Translations under genes and position numbers: made by a program
The notes under the pieces: model-generated
What the model was told of the DNA's origin: nothing
Database searches by the model: none
What the model saw: the letters and a program-made list of their open reading frames with translations, nothing else
Part shown: positions 9,103-17,665 of the stretch, in pieces
How positions within the stretch are numbered: position 1 is the first letter of the stretch
Layout: every line of letters starts with the position of its first letter
Assembly: GCA_947303085.1 (NCBI GenBank)
Contig: CAMYXP010000005.1
Location: 71,046 to 135,045 of the forward strand
Direction of reading: 5' to 3'
DNA length: 64,000 bases
DNA from: an uncultured Bacteroidales bacterium
Lineage (GTDB): Bacteria > Bacteroidota > Bacteroidia > Bacteroidales > F082

Positions 9103-10296
9103 ATGAATCCATTATATCCTGTTATCAAGCTTCGTGAAGGCAAAGACGATGCCGTGAAACGTTTCCATCCATGGATTTTCTCAGGAGCCATCGCTTCGGC
9201 GGCTCCCGGACTGCAAGCCGGTGATGTTGTGACAGTTACCAACTCCAAAGACGAGGTCATCGGCACCGGTTTCTGCGAGGCAGGCAACATTGCGGTGAAG
9301 CTTCTTTCGTTCGAAAACACCAAAATCGGGGCTATGTTCTGGCAGCAACGTCTCAACGCCGCCTTCGCTACACGCAAAGCCCTCGGATTCATCGACAACC
9401 CGCACACCAACTGCTTCCGTCTCGTACATTCCGAAGGCGACAACCTCCCCGGACTGATTGTCGACATATACGGCAAGACAGCTGTGATTCAAGCACAAAC
9501 AGAAGGTATGGCATTGAACGTCAATGCTATAGCGAAAGCGATTGAAGCCATTCCCGAGCTGAAAATCGAAGCAATCTACAACAAAAGCTCCGAGGCGATG
9601 CAACGCATGGGCAAAGACGCTGTCGACGACGGCTATCTCCTTGGCGGAAAATGCGAAGACTTTGTACTCGAAAACGACTCGAAGTTCCTGATCGATTGGG
9701 AGGCAGGACAAAAAACAGGCTTCTTCCTCGACCAGCGCTTCAATCGTGATTTGGTGAAAAAACTCGCCAAAGACCGCACCGTCTTGAACACTTTCTGCTA
9801 CACCGGAGGCTTCTCCGTCACAGCATTGCAAGGCGGCGCAAAACAGGTTGTCTCCGTCGACTGCTCGAAAAAAGCCATCGAGATTTGTGAGAAAAACATT
9901 GAATTGAATGGTTTTTCAAAGGAAGCGAACCCGAGCCTCGTCGAAGATGCCAAGCTTTACTTGCAAAACATGCCTGAAAACCAATATGATTTGATTATCC
10001 TTGACCCGCCGGCGTTCGCTAAGAACCATAAATCGCTGCACCGTGGGTTGCAAGGGTACAAATTCATAAACAAGGAAGCGATTAAAAAGATTCAGGCAGG
10101 AGGTTTGCTGTTCACTTTCAGCTGCTCGCAAGCCGTCGACAAGGCGCAGTTCCAGAGCATAGTGATGGCAGCAGCAATCGAAACAGGAAGAAAAGCTAAA
10201 ATTTTGTATCAATTATCTCAACCGGAAGATCATCCGATCAATATATATCATCCCGAAGGAGCTTATCTGAAGGGACTGGTTTTACAAATAATGTGA
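9103..10296 (+). CDS. rlmI: Class I SAM-dependent 23S rRNA m5C methyltransferase (RlmI/YccW-like)
   Basis: PUA-like N-terminus (KRFHPWIFSGAI), EEHEE domain, then VLNTFCYTGGFS...LDPPAF methyltransferase motifs. Confidence 0.8.
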   Translation: MNPLYPVIKLREGKDDAVKRFHPWIFSGAIASAAPGLQAGDVVTVTNSKDEVIGTGFCEAGNIAVKLLSFENTKIGAMFWQQRLNAAFATRKALGFIDNPHTNCFRLVHSEGDNLPGLIVDIYGKTAVIQAQTEGMALNVNAIAKAIEAIPELKIEAIYNKSSEAMQRMGKDAVDDGYLLGGKCEDFVLENDSKFLIDWEAGQKTGFFLDQRFNRDLVKKLAKDRTVLNTFCYTGGFSVTALQGGAKQVVSVDCSKKAIEICEKNIELNGFSKEANPSLVEDAKLYLQNMPENQYDLIILDPPAFAKNHKSLHRGLQGYKFINKEAIKKIQAGGLLFTFSCSQAVDKAQFQSIVMAAAIETGRKAKILYQLSQPEDHPINIYHPEGAYLKGLVLQIM

Positions 10297-10320
10297 TGCT
10301 CCCTTCGGTCGTGAATTTGA
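10297..10320 (+). repeat. Degenerate partial copy of the '...CTCCCTTCGGTCG(G)TCGAAATGA' repeat family
   Basis: TGCTCCCTTCGGTCGTGAATTTGA lies immediately after the rlmI stop. Compare 28490-28513, CGCTCCCTTCGGTCGGTCGAAATGA. Confidence 0.5.
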
Positions 10321-10372
10321 AGTAGTTCATAATTTTTTTGTAAAAATAATAATAATATAAATGAAATATGAT

Positions 10373-10380
10373 TATTTTTG
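10373..10380 (+). promoter_or_regulatory. -7 box TATTTTTG
   Basis: 29 nt upstream of the ATG at 10409. Confidence 0.45.
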
Positions 10381-10408
10381 CAACGATATATCTTAACATT
10401 ATATCATA

Positions 10409-11257
10409 ATGAAAAAATTTATTCTTTTAACTATAGCTTTTTGCGTTGTATTATTCATTTCATGCAAAAAAGATTCCACATCAAATGGCAACAGCTCTTC
10501 ATTAGAAAAAAGAATTAACAAAATATATTGGGGCAGTTGTTGGATAAGTGAATTATCTACCGATAATGGAGAAACCTGGACAGAATTATACAGCGGTCAA
10601 GATCCGGAATATTTATTAACATCTTACGAATGGGATGGAGACAAACTATTAAGCATAAAAAACACTCCTTCTTATAACTCACCATCTCAGTGGGACTACA
10701 GCTACAACAGCATGGGTTTGATTTCCAGAATAACAACTCATTATGACAATCAAACCGGTTATATGGATTTTACGTACAGTGATTCTAAATTAACACAAAT
10801 CGATTATCATTGCTATGATGAGCTTTATGAAACCTGCAAAATAATGTACTCAAACGACAATCCCCATGAAATATGGTATTATTACCATGATGGCACTGTT
10901 TATTATAATGTGTTATTATGGGAAAATGATAACGTCACGCAAATATTCCGTAAAAATGCAAATGGTGCTTTAACCGGCCAAACTACCTTTATTTACGATG
11001 ACAAAATAAACCCATATTATGACAATAATGCTTTTTTTGTCAGAACAATTATGAGTGAAGAGTATTACAAGCTTTCAAAAAATAACAATCTTGTTGAATC
11101 ATGGGGTGATACTTTAATTTATGATTATAATTTTGATTATCCGATAAAAAAGGAACACACTAGTGTAGCCATCTATCCACCTATGGGAAACGACTCAATA
11201 ATAAGAGAAACTGATACTTATTACTACAATTATAAATATTTGGAATACTGGCAATAA
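10409..11257 (+). CDS. Hypothetical lipoprotein (AT-rich gene)
   Basis: Lipobox LFISC; Tyr/Asn/Asp-rich repetitive beta-type sequence; no family recognised. About 30-35% GC by eye, against about 50-57% in the flanking genes. Confidence 0.5.
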   Translation: MKKFILLTIAFCVVLFISCKKDSTSNGNSSSLEKRINKIYWGSCWISELSTDNGETWTELYSGQDPEYLLTSYEWDGDKLLSIKNTPSYNSPSQWDYSYNSMGLISRITTHYDNQTGYMDFTYSDSKLTQIDYHCYDELYETCKIMYSNDNPHEIWYYYHDGTVYYNVLLWENDNVTQIFRKNANGALTGQTTFIYDDKINPYYDNNAFFVRTIMSEEYYKLSKNNNLVESWGDTLIYDYNFDYPIKKEHTSVAIYPPMGNDSIIRETDTYYYNYKYLEYWQ

Positions 11258-11279
11258 AACCTATTCGTTTATCAGTTTT

Positions 11280-11310
11280 GTCATTCCGAACACGTAGTGC
11301 GAGGAACCTC
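11280..11310 (+). repeat. Related short repeat GTCATTCCGAACACGTAGTGCGAGGAACCTC (variant of the GTCATTTCGACC...GGAGAAATC family)
   Basis: Same end motifs (GTCATTcCGAaC ... GAGgAAccTC) as the copies at 26146, 28468 and 46469. Sits between the convergent lipoprotein gene and rfaE2, and overlaps the rfaE2 stop by 2 nt. Confidence 0.5.
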
Positions 11311-11800
11311 ATTTAATTTTGTTTATGATTCCTGTCGTCGAAAACCCTTCAACCAAGTCGATAGTCTCGACTTTGCCGCCTTTAGCCATCACGATGTCGT
11401 AGCCGACAATGTTTTCCGGTTTGTAGTCGCTGCCTTTCACCAAAACATCGGGCTGGACGGTTTTTATCAGATTATAAGGAGTGTCTTCATCGAAAAGAAC
11501 AACAGCGCTTACAAATTCAAGGCCAGCAAGCACAAAAGCACGAGCTTTCTCGTCGTTCACCGGGCGTGAAGGACCTTTCAAACGCTTAACGGAGGCATCG
11601 GTGTTCAAGCCGATAATCATCACATCGCCGAAAGCCGCAGCCTTTGCGAGATACTCAACGTGACCGCGGTGCAGAATGTCAAAACAGCCATTTGAAAAAA
11701 CTATCTTCTTGCCGTTTTTCCTGCAATCCTCGAGCCATTTCGCGAGCTTCTCTCCATCAAGGAGCTTATTATTTATCTTTTCGAAGTAATTCATAATCAA
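11309..11800 (-). CDS. rfaE2: D-glycero-beta-D-manno-heptose 1-phosphate adenylyltransferase (RfaE domain II) / cytidylyltransferase family
   Basis: VFSNGCFDILHRGHVEYL (the HxGH nucleotidyltransferase motif); 163 aa; ...GFSTTGIINKI at the C-terminus. Confidence 0.8.
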   Translation of the reverse strand: MIMNYFEKINNKLLDGEKLAKWLEDCRKNGKKIVFSNGCFDILHRGHVEYLAKAAAFGDVMIIGLNTDASVKRLKGPSRPVNDEKARAFVLAGLEFVSAVVLFDEDTPYNLIKTVQPDVLVKGSDYKPENIVGYDIVMAKGGKVETIDLVEGFSTTGIINKIK

Positions 11801-12780
11801 TTGTTTATCGGTTTTCTCTTGTCAAAAAAGAACATCACAACGTATGCTATCACGCCGGTGATGAGATAAAATATCATCTGCGAGCCGTGGTTTATGGCGG
11901 CAAATGATCCTGCGACTTGCTCTGGAATTCCGTAGAAGCCGCTCAGCAATGTGATGGCAATGAAATGATATGTGCCGATGCCGCCTGGAACCGGCGCCAC
12001 AAAGCCTAAAGTGGCAATGCCAAGCAACGTGATAGCCTCCACCGCACCCAAATGGCTCGTCTCAGTTATCATGTAAAACGGCATCCATGTCATCAACACA
12101 TAAAAGCCCCAAACTGCCAGCGTATACAGCACAAAACGCCATTTTTTCTTCATCGTGACAACAGATTTTATGCCGTCGATGAAGCCCTGCCAAATGGATG
12201 CTATTTTTTTGTTTCTTCTGATAATTTTAATCAAAAAAACGATAAAAACAATGCCGATTAAAATCACAATAATTCCAAGCAACACATTGTCTATCAGCTT
12301 GTTAAGAAGCGGCATCATCCACGATGTAATGAGACTCCCGAGCAGTTTCCATTGGAAAACGATGACCAAAAACGCCAGTCCGAAAAGCACCAACAAGTCG
12401 ATGATTCGCTCAGAAATCACTGAGCCTAAAGTCTTGTCGAACGGTATGTTTTCCTTGCGTTTCAAAACGCTGCATCGCACCACTTCTCCTAATCTTGGGA
12501 AAATACAATTCGCCAGATAAGCAATCAATACGGCGCCGTAAGTCGACAAATCTCTCGTCTTGTAACCGAGTGCCTCAATCTGGATATTCCAACGTAAAGC
12601 TCTGAAATACAATGAGAAGGCAAGACATGCCAAACTCAGAAGCATCCACGAATATTTTGCTGATTTGATGTCGGTCCAAAGCTGCGACAGGTCGATGTTA
12701 CGGAAACTGAACCATAACAAAGCCACTCCCAATGCGAGGAAGACTACATACCACAGAGTTTTGGACGTTTTTTTATTCAA
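11797..12780 (-). CDS. Lysylphosphatidylglycerol-synthase-like TM domain protein (UPF0104 / flippase-like)
   Basis: About 8 TM helices; the GEVVRC motif region is typical of UPF0104; 4-nt overlap with rfaE2. Confidence 0.65.
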   Translation of the reverse strand: MNKKTSKTLWYVVFLALGVALLWFSFRNIDLSQLWTDIKSAKYSWMLLSLACLAFSLYFRALRWNIQIEALGYKTRDLSTYGAVLIAYLANCIFPRLGEVVRCSVLKRKENIPFDKTLGSVISERIIDLLVLFGLAFLVIVFQWKLLGSLITSWMMPLLNKLIDNVLLGIIVILIGIVFIVFLIKIIRRNKKIASIWQGFIDGIKSVVTMKKKWRFVLYTLAVWGFYVLMTWMPFYMITETSHLGAVEAITLLGIATLGFVAPVPGGIGTYHFIAITLLSGFYGIPEQVAGSFAAINHGSQMIFYLITGVIAYVVMFFFDKRKPINN

Positions 12781-13121
12781 ATTTTGTTGTTTTTGTCAGG
12801 AAAAACAATCATTGGCTTGAATTTCTTGGCCTCTTCGAAGTCCATCGAAGCGTATGATGCGATGATCACGAGGTCGCCTTTCTTCACAAGATGTGCCGCC
12901 GCACCGTTGATTCCGATAACGCCGCTGCCGCGTTTACCCTTGATGACGTAGGTGTGCAGGCGGTTGCCATTGGTAACGTCGTAGATATCAACTTTCTCAT
13001 TTTCAATGAGATTGACGGCATCCATCAGGTCTTCGTCGATAGTGATGCTTCCGATATAGTCAAGGTCGGCTTGCGTCACAGTGGCGCGATGTATCTTCGA
13101 TTTAAGAATTTCTATATTCAT
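12777..13121 (-). CDS. panD: Aspartate 1-decarboxylase
   Basis: [35 protein letters not shown], including the self-processing G-S site (YIGS). Confidence 0.95.
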   Translation of the reverse strand: MNIEILKSKIHRATVTQADLDYIGSITIDEDLMDAVNLIENEKVDIYDVTNGNRLHTYVIKGKRGSGVIGINGAAAHLVKKGDLVIIASYASMDFEEAKKFKPMIVFPDKNNKI

Positions 13122-13122
13122 C

Positions 13123-13968
13123 TTAATAAATTCTTAAGTTATCAATTAAACGAACCGGTCCGAGCTGCAAAGCTACGAAAATTCTCGCATGCTCACTGTC
13201 TTTCCAGTCGCTGACGCTCTGCAACGTCGTCTCGTCTGCTATCTCAACGTATTCAACGTCAAATTGTTTTATCTCAGAATATTTTTTCAGTGCCAGAGCC
13301 TTCATCTCGGCCGGACTCATGGTCTCATAGTCGGCTACAGTCTCACGCAACACCTTGTAAATCATTGGTGCAATAGCTCTTTCTTCGGCATTGAGACGCA
13401 TATTACGCGAACTCATGGCAAGGCCGTCTTTCTCACGAACTATGTCGCAAGGCACTATTTCGAGATTTATATTGTAATCTTTCACCAACTTGCGGATAAT
13501 AGCCTGCTGCTGGAAGTCTTTCTCGCCGAAATAAGCTCTGTCGGGCTTCACAATGTCGAAAAGCTTGCGCACCACAATTGCCACGCCGTTGAAATGACCC
13601 GGACGGCAGGCGCCTTCCATCACATGCTCAATGGCACCAAAATCGTAATGGTCGTCAACTTTTGTAGGATACATCTCCTCCACCGACGGCATGAAAACGG
13701 CATCGCAACCCGCACTCTCGAGAAGAGCGATATCTTTCTCAGGTGTACGCGGATACTTCTCCAAATCGACAGGATTGTTGAACTGCACCGGGTTTACAAA
13801 CACACTCGCAACAGCAATATCATTCTCGCTTTTCGCGCGACGAATCAACGAAAGATGACCCTCGTGAAGAGCACCCATAGTAGGAACTAGACCCACCGAC
13901 AAGCCTGAATCGCGTTTCGCTCTAAGAAACGACTGAATATCAGCGATATAGTTAAAAACTTGAATCAT
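13123..13968 (-). CDS. panC: Pantoate--beta-alanine ligase
   Basis: [14 protein letters not shown]..., [14 protein letters not shown] motifs. Start set at the internal Met (MIQVFNY); 13995 remains possible. Confidence 0.9.
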   Translation of the reverse strand: MIQVFNYIADIQSFLRAKRDSGLSVGLVPTMGALHEGHLSLIRRAKSENDIAVASVFVNPVQFNNPVDLEKYPRTPEKDIALLESAGCDAVFMPSVEEMYPTKVDDHYDFGAIEHVMEGACRPGHFNGVAIVVRKLFDIVKPDRAYFGEKDFQQQAIIRKLVKDYNINLEIVPCDIVREKDGLAMSSRNMRLNAEERAIAPMIYKVLRETVADYETMSPAEMKALALKKYSEIKQFDVEYVEIADETTLQSVSDWKDSEHARIFVALQLGPVRLIDNLRIY

Positions 13969-14046
13969 AACTTCAAATTTTATATGAAAAATCATGCAAA
14001 ATTACATAATTCACAAATATAATGCACAAATAATTTAAAAAATTAG

Positions 14047-14054
14047 TATCTTTG
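14047..14054 (+). promoter_or_regulatory. -7 box TATCTTTG for tRNA-Arg (and possibly the porZ-like gene)
   Basis: 12 nt upstream of the tRNA 5' end. Confidence 0.55.
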
Positions 14055-14065
14055 CACCCAGAAAT

Positions 14066-14137
14066 GCCCTGGTAGTTCAACGGATAGAACGGAAGTTTCC
14101 TAAACTTTAAATTTGGGTTCGATTCCCAGCCGGGGTA
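14066..14137 (+). tRNA. tRNA-Arg (anticodon CCT)
   Basis: Folded by hand. Acceptor GCCCTGG/CCGGGGT; D arm GTTC/GAAC; anticodon stem GAAGT/ACTTT with loop TTCCTAA; T arm TTGGG-TTCGATT-CCCAG; discriminator A. No encoded CCA. Confidence 0.85.
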
Positions 14138-14154
14138 CTAAAACCCCTCTTGAC

Positions 14155-16434
14155 ATGAGAAAATTATCACTGTTTTTAGCTCTTATTTCTCTAAATCTGA
14201 TAGGAAACGCCCAGAGAATAGGCGATTGGATGACCCATACCCCGGGAATGGAAGTCGTCAGCGTCGACGTGATGCATGGCAACATCTTCGCCGCCACACC
14301 TTACGATATTTTTTATTACAACACTAACGACAACAGTATCAATCATTTATCAAAAGTCAACGGGCTATCCGACATGGGAATAAGCTTGATAAGATACAGC
14401 AAACCTTACGACATAATGTTCGTAGGTTATTCCAACACCAATATCGATATCATTGATAATCAAGAGAATATAAAAAATATTCCGGACATCTACAACAAAT
14501 ATATCCTTGGCAACAAAACCATCAACAATGTGTTTTTCAAAGACAGATATGCCTACGTTTGCTGCGGATTCGGCATAGTTGTCATCGACCTCAAACGCAA
14601 AGAGGTGAAAGACACTTATATCATCGGTGAAAATGGTAATTATCTGGGTGTCAACGATTTAACTATCTGCAACGACATTTTTTACGCTGCCACCGAACAC
14701 GGCATCTACTACGCCGACGCCAACAGCAACCACCTCGCCGACTTCTCACAATGGCATCGTTTCAAACATTATCTGCCACATTATACAAACAACTTCTCGC
14801 AAATCGAGTGTTTCGATGGCTATGTGGTAGTCAACTACTCTGATAATCAAACAGATAGCAACGAGTTATATGCCATCAACGACACCACCAGCTGGAACTA
14901 TTTCCTCGACGGCACACTAAACCTCATCAGCGACATGCGTGTTTGCGACGACCGCATCATACTGACTGAAAAAAACAAGAGAATCAAGGTTTACGACACC
15001 AACAAAGACCTGATTTTCACGATAAACAACATAGAACCATTATCGGCTACTTACGACAAAACACGTAACTTATACTGGGCTGGCACACGCACCCATTCAT
15101 TGATGAAAATCAAGCCTTCGGGAAGCACAAGCAACATCAATTTCAACGGCCCATATTCATCTAAGACATTCAGTATCAACGCCTCAGAAAACAACGTATG
15201 GATAGCCTCAGGCGGTTACACCGGCACTTGGGCACCTACATGGAACCGCGAAGGTTTTTCGTATTACGACGGCGACAGATGGTTCTACAAAAACGCGACA
15301 AACACAACGGTTTTCGACTCAATCTCCGACATAACCTGGGTGAAATCCGACCCGACAAACAGCGATGTCGTCTTCGCCGCGTCATACAGCAGGGGACTCA
15401 TCATGTTTGAAAACGGAAAAGTCAAGCGGGTGTACAACAAAAGCAACAGCACTCTGGGCTATAACCTCGCATGGCTGCAATACGGTCAGAATTACACCTT
15501 CGTTACAGGCTTCGACTTCGACAGCGACAATAACATGTGGATCGCCAACTCAGGCACCGACAAGATGCTCTCCGTGAGGAAAACCGACGACACCTGGAAG
15601 TCATACAACATAGGCAATACCGATATCGGACGTATCATGGTTGACGCCAACGACATAAAATGGATCTACAAACGTAGTGGCGAGATCATAGTATTTAACA
15701 AAGGCACCGTGAAGACCGTCAACCAGGGAACCAACACTGGTCATCTGCCGGGCGATGCCAACTGCTTCGTCACCGATAACGACGGCACCGTTTGGGTGGG
15801 AACCACCGACGGACTGGCGCTCTTCAACGACTCGAAGAAGATTTTCAGCAACAGCACATACGAATGTTCGCGCATCCTCATACCACGCAACGACGGCACC
15901 GGGCAGGCCGACTACCTGCTGTCGGGACAGTCGGTGCTGGCGATAGCCGTCGACGGCGCCAACAATATGTGGTTCGGCACCACTAACGGCGTCATTCAGA
16001 CGTCGAACGACGGACAGACCACCTATCACCACTTCACCATGGAAAACAGTCCGCTGTTCTCCAATACCGTGACCGACATCGCCATCGACGACGACGGAAA
16101 CGTTTACTTCGCCACCGACAAAGGCGTGATTTCATACAAAGGCACCGCCACCAAAGGCTACGACGACAACGTCAATGTCCTCGTGTACCCCAACCCTGTC
16201 AGACCTGAGCACCGAGGCATAGTGGGCATCAAAGGCTTGGTGACCAACGCCCTGGTGAAAATCACCACCACCGACGGCCGTTTCGTGACGCATCTGCAAG
16301 CCGAAGGCGGACAGGCAGTGTGGGACTGCACCGACATCAACGGAAACAAAGTGCAACCCGGCATCTACCTCATCTTCGTGAGCGACGAAAACGGCAAGGA
16401 AACCTGGGCCACCAAGGTTCTTATCATGAAATAA
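14155..16434 (+). CDS. porZ: PorZ-like T9SS protein (two beta-propeller regions of Reg_prop-type repeats plus a T9SS C-terminal sorting domain)
   Basis: Signal MRKLSLFLALISLNLIGNAQ. Recurrent W.GT..GL blades (VWVGTTDGLALF, MWFGTTNGVIQT, VYFATDKGVISY). C-terminus VYPNPV...GIYLIFVSDENGKETWATKVLIMK is CTD-like. Size (about 760 aa) matches my recollection of P. gingivalis PorZ. The track start at 14113 overlaps the tRNA and is rejected. Confidence 0.6.
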   Translation: MRKLSLFLALISLNLIGNAQRIGDWMTHTPGMEVVSVDVMHGNIFAATPYDIFYYNTNDNSINHLSKVNGLSDMGISLIRYSKPYDIMFVGYSNTNIDIIDNQENIKNIPDIYNKYILGNKTINNVFFKDRYAYVCCGFGIVVIDLKRKEVKDTYIIGENGNYLGVNDLTICNDIFYAATEHGIYYADANSNHLADFSQWHRFKHYLPHYTNNFSQIECFDGYVVVNYSDNQTDSNELYAINDTTSWNYFLDGTLNLISDMRVCDDRIILTEKNKRIKVYDTNKDLIFTINNIEPLSATYDKTRNLYWAGTRTHSLMKIKPSGSTSNINFNGPYSSKTFSINASENNVWIASGGYTGTWAPTWNREGFSYYDGDRWFYKNATNTTVFDSISDITWVKSDPTNSDVVFAASYSRGLIMFENGKVKRVYNKSNSTLGYNLAWLQYGQNYTFVTGFDFDSDNNMWIANSGTDKMLSVRKTDDTWKSYNIGNTDIGRIMVDANDIKWIYKRSGEIIVFNKGTVKTVNQGTNTGHLPGDANCFVTDNDGTVWVGTTDGLALFNDSKKIFSNSTYECSRILIPRNDGTGQADYLLSGQSVLAIAVDGANNMWFGTTNGVIQTSNDGQTTYHHFTMENSPLFSNTVTDIAIDDDGNVYFATDKGVISYKGTATKGYDDNVNVLVYPNPVRPEHRGIVGIKGLVTNALVKITTTDGRFVTHLQAEGGQAVWDCTDINGNKVQPGIYLIFVSDENGKETWATKVLIMK

Positions 16435-16435
16435 G

Positions 16436-17161
16436 ATGAACACCGACAAAACCCGCGCCATCGTTCTCAAAGCCATACGTTATGGCGACAACAGCCTCAT
16501 CGTCAAGCTGTTGACCGAACAAAACGGGCTGCAGTCGTTCATGGTGAAAGGCGCATACAACAAAACCGCCAAGATACGTGCCGCGTTGTTTCAGCCCCTG
16601 ACGTTGCTCGAAGCCGTGAGAGTGAACTCCCGGGGCGAGCTGGGATACCTCAAAGAAGCCAACGTCGAATACGCCTACCAAGACATACCTATTAATATTA
16701 ATAAGAACGCCATTGTGCTGTTCCTGAGCGAGCTGCTGTCGAAATCTATTCAGGAATCCGAGACCGACCTCGAGCTGTTCGAATTCATACATCACGCGCT
16801 CACCCACCTCGACGCGCTGGAAAACAACTACGCCGACTACCCGCTGAAATTCTCGATAGAGCTGAGCCGTTTTCTCGGCTTCTCACCCAACACCGACAGC
16901 TACCAGCCGGGCTACATCTTCGACTTGGAAGAAGGCTGTTTCCGCCACGACGGAACAAGTGTTAATTATCTGATTGACAATAACTTAAGCGGCTTGTTTT
17001 TCAAGCTTTGCAAAAATAACATCTTCGACGACGCCCGTCTGAACTTCACAAACAACGAGCGCCGACAGCTTCTCGAAGCCGTCATCACCTACTACAAACT
17101 CCACGTCAGTGGGTTCAACGAAATGAAATCGGGTGATATCTTAAAGACCGTTCTTCAGTAA
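16436..17161 (+). CDS. recO: DNA repair protein RecO
   Basis: N-terminal OB-fold pattern TRAIVLKAIRYGDNSLIVKLLTEQNGLQSFMVKGA; about 240 aa. Confidence 0.85.
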   Translation: MNTDKTRAIVLKAIRYGDNSLIVKLLTEQNGLQSFMVKGAYNKTAKIRAALFQPLTLLEAVRVNSRGELGYLKEANVEYAYQDIPININKNAIVLFLSELLSKSIQESETDLELFEFIHHALTHLDALENNYADYPLKFSIELSRFLGFSPNTDSYQPGYIFDLEEGCFRHDGTSVNYLIDNNLSGLFFKLCKNNIFDDARLNFTNNERRQLLEAVITYYKLHVSGFNEMKSGDILKTVLQ

Positions 17162-17665
17162 TCTCACCTGCGAACGCGAGATATTGATCGGCAGACTCTG
17201 TCCCACCGCCTCAATATCGACCATCACGCGCTGCTTGCCTCTTATCTCGACAAGACGCCCGACAAGTCCTTTCATCTGACCGAAAACAATCTCCACCATC
17301 TGCCCCTCTCGCAGTTCGGGAAGATGCTCGAAATCCTCCTCACCGTCATATCCGCCAATGAATTCTTTCACCGCAACCAGTTGATTGTCAGGCACTGGCA
17401 CAGGCTTTCCTTCAAAAGTGACAAACTTAACGATGCCGGGAGTGTTTAGAATTTCAAAATAGTCTTTTAAATCGGTATGCACAAAAAGGTAAGACTTAAA
17501 CAACGGTTCCTCGACCATTTTTTTGCGGTCGCTCCATTGTTTAAGCCTCCCAATGAGAGGTAAGTATGTCTCTATATGTCTGTCTTCCAACAGATTGGAA
17601 GTCTTTTTCTCGTAACGCGACTTCACATATACAGCATACCACCTCGAGACGGTCTTTTCGGGCAT
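17141..17665 (-). CDS. UpxY-family (NusG-like) transcription antiterminator
   Basis: WYAVYVKSRYEKK NGN-domain start; C-terminal KOW (GQMVEIVFGQMKGLVGRLVEI). The start codon shares 1 nt with the wzc stop (TAATG). Confidence 0.8.
   Translation of the reverse strand: MPEKTVSRWYAVYVKSRYEKKTSNLLEDRHIETYLPLIGRLKQWSDRKKMVEEPLFKSYLFVHTDLKDYFEILNTPGIVKFVTFEGKPVPVPDNQLVAVKEFIGGYDGEEDFEHLPELREGQMVEIVFGQMKGLVGRLVEIRGKQRVMVDIEAVGQSLPINISRSQVRLLKNGL

Noticed and set aside
14113-14154. N-terminal extension of the PorZ-like ORF (MGSIPSRGTKTPLD).
   Set aside because: It overlaps the 3' half of tRNA-Arg (14066-14137). A clean signal peptide begins at the Met at 14155.
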